A stretch of DNA of 63,999 nt, the filler included, from Sphacelaria rigidula (taxonomy: Eukaryota), in NCBI GenBank assembly GCA_964200075.2. It is 3 parts of 3 records of this genome, joined end to end, with 100 filler letters (N's around TTAATTAATTAA, not from the genome) between each part and the next. Parts side by side here need not be neighbours in the genome. Positions count along the whole stretch, not along the records: positions 21,780 to 43,415 come from CAXNAA020000398.1; 2 more parts are not named here. The stretch is one strand, 5' to 3'. Below are positions 25,216-36,140 of this stretch, piece after piece. The notes beneath the pieces were generated by a model. The model had not been told where the DNA came from and did no database searches. It saw only the letters and a program-made list of their open reading frames with translations. Numbering within the stretch: the stretch's first letter is position 1; each line of letters begins with the position of its first letter. The translations under genes and the position numbers were made by a program.

Positions 25216-28014
25216 TTGCATCCATCTCTCAGGCTTTGTCTCACCAACAAAACAAGCAGCTAGGGAGAACATGCGGACTTTCAATTCTGTCCATTTGTTA
25301 CCCGTTTCGAGTCCAGGTGAATTCCTCGCAGCGCAGCGAGAAACCGGGATGGGTGTTACGTACAACGGCAAACACCATCCCTCACCTTAAAGCTGTTCAC
25401 ACGTTCATCACGAGATTCACGGCACGCGACACAAAGCTCGATAGCCCATACGAGTAGCGTAGCTCCCAATCAGCCCGTTGAGCGTGTGTTTGGCATCGTT
25501 TTAATCGGCCGTGAACTGAGCAGCGCTGTTTTTGGACAACTGCGTCAGCTAAGTTATAATATTAGTATGGTGGGAAAACGAAGCAACTTCCTCGAATAGT
25601 ACTGTTGCTCGCCCAATATCGCACCATGCAAACACATCGCCTCAAAGTGCGGTGGACTGTGACTCCTTCTCAAGGTTTCAGGTGTCTAGCGTTGGTGTCT
25701 ACTGACGGCGGGGTATGCCTCGAAATTCTGGGCACACGATTCCCACGGTTGCACTGTGACGATACGCGGGCTTTTTTCTTAGTAGCATGCGGTTGCTTAT
25801 GCCGTAGTGTCTAGCTGAGGAAGCCACTTGCGAGAGTTTCATTTTCAACCTTCCGGTCCTGCACAAAGAAATGACCTGAGTTTGATCAAGCCATATTTCT
25901 AGGAGAAAAAATGACGCGAACACATCACAGAGTTTTATGTGTCTCGGCGCGTTCTGTCGCAGCCTAATTTTTTGGAGAAGGCAGCTCCTCAGTATCGATT
26001 AACAAAAATGGACAGCAACACGGCAAAAGTGGGCAATGGCCAAGCAGATTATTTCAGACGAAAGTTCGAGCAGAACCCCCCGAAAAATTGAAATGTCATA
26101 GTCGTGGAGGAAAAAACACTGCATTCGACTTCCGCTCGATCGCTACCGTTTCCAGCGTGCGAGAGCTCAAACAATAAAACCAAGACGCATGATCTGAATT
26201 ATAGCGTTCCTCTTATCCATGACTGATCGTTACCCGTGTTCCCCTCTTTTGTCCTCTCACGCTCGTCATGTTTTCGGCCGACTTCTTGACTGTACTGTAC
26301 GCACGCTCCCACCTCTTCAACAAACAGGGTGGACTCTTCTCAGCCCATTTCTTTACAAACATGTAACATGCGATGCACGCAGCGTGAGTGCTTCACTAAC
26401 ACTCAGCACTGACCCCCCCCTCCCCCTCCCCTAGCCCTTCCTTGACCCACACATGTACATGAACGGCAGCATTGCACGTAACTCCGCCGCGCCAGAAATC
26501 GGCACTACATCGTGAGGGCACACACAACAGACAGCCTCAAATTGCAGCCGTCGAAACCGCTGCGCGTGCTACTTGTCACGACACGACCCCCCCCCGCCGC
26601 CCCCCCCCCCCGACACGAACGCTTCTCAGCACGTGAAATTGTATTGCCAAAATGACCTGACGCACATTATGATTTAGTGCGAATTTGGTGTGATGGACCT
26701 CGGCGGCGGTGTTTTGGGGCTCCAGAAAATAAAAAACTGAAAGCAGATTGGAGCCAAGCTTGTCTTACGAAACGAAGTAGTTGTGAGGCGTTCGCTATAG
26801 TTCACTGGGGTACCGGAAACCCCGGGTGATGAAATGGGAAGCCGAACTCTTCCCCCCGCCCCGCCCGTCCGAAAAAAATCTGAAACCTGCTTCAGTCCTC
26901 ATAATGCCAAAAACCTCGTCACAACCGTTCCCGTTATTTTCAGGAATTCCCGAAGGTACGGGGTGGAACTAAGACTTCAAAACATGCAGGATAGAAAGAG
27001 ACATCGACCATGCGAGCTCCCACTTTTGTTATTACGGCAAAAAATTACGCATGAAAAATGTATTGCGAAAAAGAGAACCAATGCAAAACAACGGTTCGTT
27101 CAAACCTGAACCCCCGACACATTGCCAATACGACAAGCTGCTATCTCTCGCAGGGACTCTGACTCCAGTCCCTCCCTCCCCCTCACTCGCGCCGCCGGCC
27201 GAAAGTGGGCACCGCAAAAACAGCCTTCCGACAGTTCTTGTGAAATAACTCGTGATCCATGTGGCGCCAAAGACGCCAACACGGGCAAACAGCTCGCCCA
27301 ACCAACTACACCCGCGGCTGAATCTAGAAGTGCAGACTGGAGCTCACGCACCCCGTCTTCATTTGCCCAGGTACGCCACCATCTCATGGCCCACCCACCC
27401 AAACGTGCAGGCCGATGCGATAGCGGCCCCCGCTTTCCCGGTGGAAGCACATTTCCCTTCTCCCCTATTAACTATCGGCCGCCCTCTTGGCCCGCTGGGG
27501 AAGTATCTCGGCAGCGGAAATCATCCTGCAATTTTGTTTTTACAAAAAGACATGCACAACCATGGCAAATATGTAGAAGTTATTGGCTATGACGAGAGCG
27601 CAATGGTGAAGACAAAATTATTCCAGTCTCGTCCAACTCTATGGACTGCGGTTAACGGTATACTCGCATCAAAAAATTATCGATGTCCTCAAATGAGCTG
27701 CACATGTTTTGCTGAACATACAGGGTCTGCAGGGATGTCTGCTGACAATACGGGATAGCTGCACTAACTGTTCTATACAATGACAGTGAAGTACGTACAG
27801 CAGTAGTACCATAAGTGTACACCGTCAGTAGTACAGAAGGTCATGTGTATGAGCGCAGGGATCATACAAGGCAAGAAGTTGACGTTGCTAGACGTTCGTT
27901 GAGTTTGTTTGACTCGCCTCAGCTCACAAAACTTGGTTGTGTTCAAACTCCCGAGACAATCTAACAACACGTCCCTTACCTGAAAAGAAGATCATCACCG
28001 ACGCAAAGCCCAAT

Positions 28015-28545
28015 TCATGCAGCCATAGCCTGTGCCTCATCCTCCGCCGCCTGCTTCTTCTCCGCCGCCCTATCTGCGCGGTTGCGCTCAATCTGCCCCG
28101 TCGCGATCATCCCGCCCAGAAGGATAACGCTCAGGAGGAAGAGCCAAAAGTATGTCCACAGGGCGGTATGGTTCCTGTCGGTGTCGATCGCCGATTTGAG
28201 AAGTAGACCCACGAACCCCAGCACGAATGACCACAAGGCGAAGATGCAGCCCATGATGAGCAGCAAATCTTCGAGGCTGTTGCCGCAGCCAATCCCGATT
28301 GTCTTATCACCGCACTTCATGGTGAGAGGCTTATACTGCTTCATAATGTTGATCTCGGCCAGGGTCGAGGGCCTGAAAGAGCGCGCATCCTTTGAGCCTC
28401 TCGGGGGCACAACCTTCGGGATGGGGTCTTTGCTCTGGTCGAATCTTGAGACGGCCGGCATGCTGTCGGCATGCTGCTGATGCGTCGTAGATGAAGTAGC
28501 AGGGACAGTGACGGTGACATCTCCAGTCTTCGCTTCTTGCGACAT
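28015..28545 (-). CDS. Single-exon hypothetical membrane protein, 176 aa, two predicted TM helices
   Basis: ATG at 28545 (MSQEAK...), coding-like GC3, two hydrophobic stretches (LLLIMGCIFALWSFVLGFVGLLL; ALWTYFWLFLLSVILLGGMIA) and a charged helical C-terminus. Confidence 0.75.
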   Translation of the reverse strand: MSQEAKTGDVTVTVPATSSTTHQQHADSMPAVSRFDQSKDPIPKVVPPRGSKDARSFRPSTLAEINIMKQYKPLTMKCGDKTIGIGCGNSLEDLLLIMGCIFALWSFVLGFVGLLLKSAIDTDRNHTALWTYFWLFLLSVILLGGMIATGQIERNRADRAAEKKQAAEDEAQAMAA

Positions 28546-29768
28546 GCTGGGTGTTGTTGTGCTTCCCACTCTGATCTATCTACGGCACGTGGAGCGGCGA
28601 TTACGTTGCTTTTGCGCGTCCGACCGTGTTTTTGCAACGTATTCCAGTCAGGTCAGGTGCTAGTTACGCACTCTTTCGCCTGTTTGACTTCTCAAAAAGC
28701 TCTGTACTTGCCGGACCAGGGTAATGCTACGGGATCGATCCGCCAGAACACTATTTCTAGAGGAAAGACGCTAGGGAGCTAGAGGTAGTGTCGTCGACGT
28801 GGTTTGTAGGCTAACGGGTTGTCCCAGCCGGTGTTGTTTGTGTACAACCAGGGCCTGTATGACTTTCGGTTCCCAGTTTTCACCGAAAAGCCGGTACCGG
28901 TAAGCACTCGAAAGTGTAACCGTCGAAAATGAGTGAAGAGTTCGCGCCGCAAGGCAGAACTCGAGCCGTATTTTCGTATTTTCGAGCAGATTTTGGTGTT
29001 CAGGTTAGGGAGATCAGAGCGGAATGGATATCTTGTTCGAGTTCCGACAACCTCGCGTATGACACACGATCGCCCCCTAGCTGCGTCACGCCGCAGCGCA
29101 GAAGGCGTACCGCCATCATTATGTTTATAGCTCTTTCTCGGAAAAAATCCCAGCAGGACGGCAGAGAGGCGGACAGCGCATGTCTCAGTGTACCGTACTG
29201 TTGTTTCAGTTGTACACACTACTACTGTAGGCTGGACGTCGCGATTGTTCAGTTCCGGTCGACATTATGCAGGACGCCGTGTAGATCGTGTGAATGAGGT
29301 ATCTTTGTCCGTACTCCGTACACATGTTGGATGCAGCATGTTGATGATGTAGATATCATGTACTGCTGTAGGCGCACCACCACGATATCGTCATGTGTTG
29401 TTGTCATGTGTTGTAATGATGTACATCATGGACAGCAAGAACAACACGCGTTGCCGAACCAAGTGCCTCCCTCTCCTGTTCAGCCTGGTCCAAATACTGC
29501 TGTAGTACCGCTTGTACCGTATGTACTGACTTCTCTCTGCCGGGGCGCAGACTGACCAGGCCGCCACTACGGCTGGCTGATGTACCTGTACTGCACTACT
29601 GTTGTATCGTTGTATCGTTGTATCGTTGTATCGTACTCACTCCCCGACACGCACTGACCATTTGTCTCCGAGTCTCATCATCTCAAGACAGGAAATAGGC
29701 CAGCTCGACACATGTAAACAAATTTTGTACGACGCGGGTGGTGCGAATAACACACCGGTAGTAATACA

Positions 29769-29855
29769 GCCGCCGCACTCTGGTGGTCTGGCAGTCCAAC
29801 TGACACCGTAAGGGTTGAGAGAACGCGGGTTCCATTCCCGCCGCATGCGTTAGGG
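29769..29855 (+). mobile_element. Diverged head-only fragment of the tRNA-derived SINE at 32061-32400
   Basis: GCCGCCGCACTCTGGTGGTCTGGCAGTCCAACTG...GGGTTCCATTCCCG...ATGCGTT aligns with 32079-32158; A and B boxes mutated. Confidence 0.7.
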
Positions 29856-31838
29856 TATTTTGTACGGCATCGTTGGTTCCCGCCGTTGAATTACTACAAC
29901 GTATTTGATGTCCGCCGTTGAAAATGCTCAACGTTTCGTGCTATTTGTTCTCTTGGGGGGCGTGTGGGGGGTCGTATTTTCGTATTTTCGTATTTCCCAC
30001 TTTTGGGACCTTGGACACGGTTTTCGGCCACAGAACGCAGTGTTTTTTCCTTCATGATTACGATATTTCAATTTAGGGAATATCGGCATCATCATCGCTC
30101 GTCTTGGACAGTTTGCATCGCCCAACAAGAGAGGGGTGTATCGTCCCCTCATTCATACCTGCAGACAGCGCATTTCTCCCTCCAGCCCAGGGGTCTGCCG
30201 GGAGGGAAATTCTGGACATGTAAAACCCACCCCCTCCCAGAGCGTTATTTTTCGAAAATTGTCAGGATTTTCATGGTTTCACTCGTTGAATATTGTGTTA
30301 AAGAAAACGAACAAGAAACATCGACAAAACCCGAAAAATCTGGTGGGCTTCGCGGCATTCGTATACTATTTGACTCTGCTCCTTATTGCCCGCTCTGCCC
30401 GATGACCTTGGATGCTGACCACGCTCACGCACATGTATTCACACGAACGAGCGCACGGTTGCGACAGCCTGCAGCCAAAGTAGCAACATTATATCTCGCC
30501 TCACGCCAAGCTCCTCCGACCGCGCCACGAGACGGGCGACGAGCGGGGCCGTGGCCGCTCCACAAAATGCACCGGGGCCTTCGCTAGTAGAGGGAGCTGC
30601 TGAAGATGAGCTTGGGGGGAGCGGCGTGTCCGCCATCTCAGGGACCTCCATGCCAAGGATCAATGTACGCACAGCAGCTGACCGAATCCGCTAACGCCTC
30701 GGCTATTATGAACATGAGATAACAGGCTGGGTGTCCCCGCCCCCCCCTGCCCCCCCCTCGAAAACTCATTTTTTCGACCTGGGGCCTACGTATCCAAGGT
30801 TTTTTCCCGACAGACCCTTGCCCGACCATTTTTTTGTCAGTTGGTACTTTCTTTTGGGGTGTGTTTTGTGTGCCATTTTTGGGACATTTGACATGGGTTT
30901 CGTCCCTAAACAGGGAAAATCACCATCACACGCCTCGGACACTTTGCATCGCCCCACCGAGAGGAGTCTACCCCACTCACATACCTGAAGAATCCGCATT
31001 TTTTTTCCAGCCGTATTTTTGTGCAGCTGCCGTTTTCGGAACTTCGAGGCCAAGCGAATCTAAAAGTGAGCTGTAGACTCCTCCCGGTCGGGTGATGTAA
31101 AAAAAGTGTCCAATACGTTTTTTAGTGAGGATATTCCCGCTTTGGGGACCAAAAACCGTGTCAAATGTCTTGAAAAAAACGGAAACTACGCCCCATCGAA
31201 AGTATCAACTGTAAGAAACAGTGTCATGAGGGCGCATGTTAATTAGCCCGTTATCAAAGGCCCTAGATGCCCTAAATCTGGATATCGCGTCTCAGTTTCT
31301 GAGAACTGTGCCATGAAATTTCTTCTGAAGAACCGCTAGGGCATAATAAAATAAACAAAGCAGCTCTTCTTCACCTTTCCCCCCCATTTTTTTGTTCATT
31401 TTTGTTCCTTTTTTTTCATGTTTTTAGTTGAGATATAGGAGAAATGAATATTCCTCTTGAGCCTCATCTCAAATTTGCAGCCCAATTTTTAGAACTGTGA
31501 TTTGAAACTGTCACCGATCTTTTTGCGGCGCTACGTGCCGCCTACCCCTCTGATCTCGGCGCCACCACCGCTGATGATGACGAGGATGACGATGGTTGAA
31601 CTCCCAAGAGTGCCAACTGCAGAGGTAAGAACAAGAACCGCCGGCGGGATGACGACGGCAACGATGGAGGAGGCCCCCGCCGCCGCCATGGCGGCGGGGA
31701 TCCTCGGGCGGTTCCGGATCGAACCGCCCGCTCCACAATAACCGCGGCCCGACTGAGAAGAAAACAGGAGGCGATTCTTCCGGATCTTCCGCGCCAGGTT
31801 GAAACCGGTCTAGCACAGACCTGCCCCCCTCGGGTTCG

Positions 31839-33627
31839 GTGACACCCAGGCAAGTGATACCTAAGTTGGTCGATGTTTCGGGTCGCATTTTGGGTTTATC
31901 TGATTCGGACACACCAGACCGTTCATCGTCTTCTACCGCAGCCCGCGCTTTAGCAACCGCTGCGGCCGACAAAGAACGTTCCGAAGCTATTAAAAAAGCA
32001 TCTTACGATAGAGTCGAGTCTGCCCGAGCAGCTGCAATACAGAGACAGTATATCCAGATGGACGTGAAAAGGCTTTAGGCCGCCGCACCCCGGTGGTCTA
32101 ATGGTCCGACTGTCGCCATTAGGGTGGAGACAACGGGGGTTCGATTCCCGATGCGTTGGATTCTTCTTCGCAATGTATGATTTCCACCGTGGAAAGAGTG
32201 AGAACGTGAGTAAACAAAAGTAGTCGACTGGGTTTGTGTGACGTAAGTTGAAGCGGTGCGAGAATGCTGACCCAATTCGCGAGACCAAAATGAAAGGCAC
32301 GTACCGGGGGAGAAATAGGGTGATCCCTTGCGACCACGGACCCATCCCGAGGAAGGGGAGGGGTTCAAAGTGTGAGGAAATAAATAAATAAATAAATAAA
32401 ATGCCTGCTGCGGAAAAGGAAGATTCAGGATAGATTACTTCTGCCCTCATCACATCCATTCGCCGTACAGTTTGCAATATCCTTCACTTGGCGGATGCCA
32501 CTGGCGTCCAACGCTTTGAAGATCCCAATTGGGTAGACGGCTGGTAGACCCCATTGCACAGAGCACTGCATCGATCCATCAGCCGCCGCTCTCCCGACAT
32601 CGCTACTTCTTTAACACAGATCCTCAACGGCTTCCTCGCCGAAATGGATCCGGATCGTGCCCAGGGGAAGATAGGCCCGGTATTGCTCTCTGATCTGGAG
32701 AGGCGTCTGATACGTTATTTTGACAAAAGCGACCAAGCAAGCGCCATCCAGAGGCTGAGTTCTTTTGTTGTCGCATCGGATGTCCCCTTCGCGGACTATC
32801 TCCGCGAATATAAGCTTTTGGTCTCTGGTACTATGGGTGTCGGACGCCAAAACGGACCGAGCGATGCAAGGTGTCAGACTCACGTTCGCAATAGGGTTGC
32901 TCAACAGTATCCGACTCTGATGCCGTCGTTGTTTCCGGGTGTCTTGGCGCATCGTGAGGTGCCTTACGCTTGTGTTGATGCTATGTGGTCTGCTTGTGTA
33001 CACTAAGAGGGTAATCTAACGCCCGCCATACGTGGCAAACCTTCTACGCCTCTGCGTTCACAAGCTACGGTTGTGTCCTCCGCTCATGCCCAAGGGTCTC
33101 GCGGCAGGAATTCGAGCTCATCTCATGCTTTATGGACCCCCGACTCGGTCGCCGGTTCAGTTATGCATGTTCAAAGTATCAGAGATGGATTCAGCGCGAG
33201 TTTTGATGGTTGGCCGTCTTCCGAGGAAACTTGGGATGACATTTATTTGATTGCAACAACGGCATTCATTACAGATGATCCCCACTTGTGGAACCCACTT
33301 CTTTCGTCTCCTGCTAGACACAATGCCTTCAGCAGTCATGCCAGCAGTTGCATCCACTGTAGTGTTCAAGGCCACAGTGTGCGTGACTGCGATAGTCCAT
33401 GCATCGATGCCTTTGATCTCTTGAACCCTGAATTGCAGGACGATGAACCCTCGTGGGACCGATGGCAAAAACGCATGCGCGACTATCGCCCACCGAACCA
33501 GAATTATCGTAATAATTCGAATCCACGTGGCCACAAGAGCTCTTCTCGCGGCCGCCGACAGAACAACAATAATTCCAACCCCTCGCCAGAACGATCATCA
33601 TTCTCGCGACAACAAACGATCCCCTGA
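31839..33627 (+). pseudogene. gag: gag-like region of the Gypsy element, interrupted by a SINE and stops
   Basis: Collinear ORF fragments 31839-32060, 32401-33006 and 33073-33627; the last carries the CX2CX4HX4C knuckle. Confidence 0.75.
32061..32400 (+). mobile_element. tRNA-derived SINE (340 bp) with (AAAT)n tail, inserted in gag
   Basis: Pol III A box TGGTCTAATGG (~32094) and B box GGTTCGATTCC (~32138); (AAAT)n tail 32378-32400; ATG duplicated at 32058-32060 and 32401-32403. Removal rejoins gag in frame (QYIQM-PAAEKED). Confidence 0.85.
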
Positions 33628-33774
33628 TAGACATCAGCGGACGGGGCCGACACACAACTCGAACCCCAACACCAAAAACCCTGGTACCTTCACTACGGAT
33701 CGCGTAGATCCATGATGTGCCGACGCCGGCGTTCTACAGTCTTCCGCGCCGCCGACAGCAGTAGCGAAGATTCT

Positions 33775-33992
33775 TTCAACACAGCCGGCGGAGTCCGTGA
33801 CTAAAATTGTTCACCCGGCTCCCCCGGCACTATGCAAGAGCGTTACAGACGGCCGTTCAAATCGACCCCCGTCTTTAACCTCCACATACTTTTCAACACA
33901 GCCCGCAGAGCCCGCGACTAGGATTGTCCGCCTGGCTTCCCCGGCACTATCCAGGAGCGCAACTGACGGCAGTTCATGTCCACCCCCGTCTT
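33775..33992 (+). repeat. In-frame 117-bp (39-codon) tandem duplication in the gag-pol spacer
   Basis: TTCAACACAGCC.GC.GAG.CCG.GACTA..ATTGT...CCCCGGCACTAT...CCCCCGTCTT occurs twice, 117 bp apart. Confidence 0.8.
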
Positions 33993-35883
33993 CATCCCTC
34001 CACACACCGCGCAACAGTTGTGTCACCCCGCGACTCAGATCCACACCCGGCCCTGAACTTGGTCCTTCAGTGCCGAGTATAAGTCTGGGGTGTGGGAGGA
34101 CCAACCACCAGTTCCTGAGGCAAAGGCTTCCCTCAGCGACCGCACGCACAGGTAGTAGCAAGCTTTCTTCAGCTAACCGGAGTGTTGGTGGTTTGAACTT
34201 GACCACATCAGATCATGTAATTCCCAATCAGTTCGATCAAGCTTCTTCCCTGCGATTTTCAACACGCACGGACCTCCCTTCGGCCGGTTTTAATAACAAC
34301 CATCCCAACATACCCTCGGCTATGACCCACCAGCCAAGCTTGCCTGCGGAAAGCAGCCCACAAGTTTCGCTCCGTCATGCCCCGATGCTGACCCCATCCA
34401 CCCGACTGGACGCAGTTGTGGTTTCATCCCAAAATGTTTTGGAAGTTCCCCGACCTTTGTCACGGCGAAAGGTAAAGCCCCGTAAGCATGCCCCCAAGGA
34501 CGCGCGCGCATCATCACGTACACCTCTTTCGAGCGGAAATCCTCGACCTCAATCTCTCCAAAATACGACGATTTCGAGCTCGATGGCTCTATCAAGTATC
34601 ACGGAAGAAACTAAATTAAATATTTCTGACGTCACTACTTCTTCAATTGACGATTCCAGCCCCGCACAATCTGGATCCCTCTCGGACGGCGATCCCTGTC
34701 AACCAAAAAGGATCATTCCCGAAATCGCTAATGGTCACTCCGACAGTGCCACACCTGGAAATAATATACCGTCCACACTCTTCTCTGGTGAGAAATCTGA
34801 CCCACCGGCGGATCACCTGCCATGCGTCTTTGCTGTCAGCCCCGCTGATCCTGACCAATTTACCTTGCCGGAACATGGTCCGGATCTTGTCGGCGGTAAA
34901 GTGTCTGTGGATCCGGCCACTTTCACTACACGCGTTGCGATCCACTCTGGTCCAAACGCTACCACGCCCTTGCGTACCCTTGTTGGACAGCGGCAGTCCG
35001 CAAACATTTATTCGAGAATCAGCATGGAAACACATGAAACAGACTGGTGCTGCTACTGCAGCTTGCGAAACCACCACCCAACCTCGAGTATGGGGCGGTT
35101 TCGGTGATTCTGCTGCACCCCTGAGGACACGAAAATCCGTACATCTCAGTGTGCAATTCTTTCACAACACCACTCGTTCTGCCAGCCTGGCAGTTTGGGC
35201 ATACGTTGTCCTCGACAGCACAATGCACCACGCCATATTATTGAGCAGGTATAGCTATATGCGGTTTAATAAACGAACCTACCGCACGCTTCCACTACTA
35301 TCGCCACATTCCACGCCTCGTGGAGAACTCAACCCCGAGCACTTTGGTACTCTCCACGGCGCCCTGGCCTACCAGAAGAATACTCAAGCAACCGCAGCTG
35401 CTTACCACCTACGATACAACGGTCGCGTTGGTACTACACTCTCCGACGAACCTTGACTTTTAGAAGTTGCACTAGTTCGCCAAAATGGCATGCCAGCACT
35501 TACGGGTCATTATCTTGCCAATATGTTACCCCGTATTGACGCACCAGCCGACACAGAACATTTTGTCTCGGCGGGACAACAACCCCTCCCTCTTACGTGT
35601 CATGCTAACTTGGAACCCGGCGATATTTTTGGAATCGCCGCTGCTCCCCTGATGCACATCCCACTCGAGACGTGCGTCACAGAGCCTGCTGCGCCAAACG
35701 CCACATCTCCTGCGGAGCCAGTCCACTGTGTCGATGAACTTTATTTCGACCTCGCCTCTGCGACTCCATCCCAGGTCCACACCGTGGATCCTGCCCAGTC
35801 AAATTCCGACCCTCCTGCTGAAGTGCTTCAACGCTTGTCATCAGATTCCCGGAATAGTTTTTTCAAATGTGGCACCAACTACC

Positions 35884-36140
35884 GAGTGATGCTACGGTAG
35901 GGGTACACAAATATTTTCTGAGGTTAGAATTGTCAGGAGCCCTTCATCTCATCAAAGACACGTCTTATGAAGATATGCGAGAGCACGCCAAGATTACTAT
36001 TCCAGTGTGCTGAGGATATCCCGAATTATTCTGCAAACGGGGATGCCCTGACCCATATTTTTGTGCGTCTAGAATCGTTAGGAGCCCCTGATCCAGACAA
36101 AAATTAACGAAAAAAGTGCACCCCTACCGTAGCATTGCTC
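35884..36140. mobile_element. 257-bp MITE, ~25-bp TIRs, GAG...CTC termini, 4-bp TSD TACC (Sola2-like by termini)
   Basis: GAGTGATGCTACGGTAGGGGTACAC at the left and GTGCACCCCTACCGTAGCATTGCTC at the right. Removal restores WHQLPPHMRDINFELHGPGW. Second copy at 45615-45870. Confidence 0.88.

Noticed and set aside
31222-31270. 5' LTR of the Gypsy element (TGTCATGAGGGCGCATG resembles the start of 41357)
   Set aside because: Similarity fades after ~40 bp and no PBS follows; cannot support a paired LTR.
32079-32160. Functional tRNA gene
   Set aside because: A/B boxes are present but acceptor and anticodon stems are poor, and it continues into a body with a tail and TSD: a SINE head.
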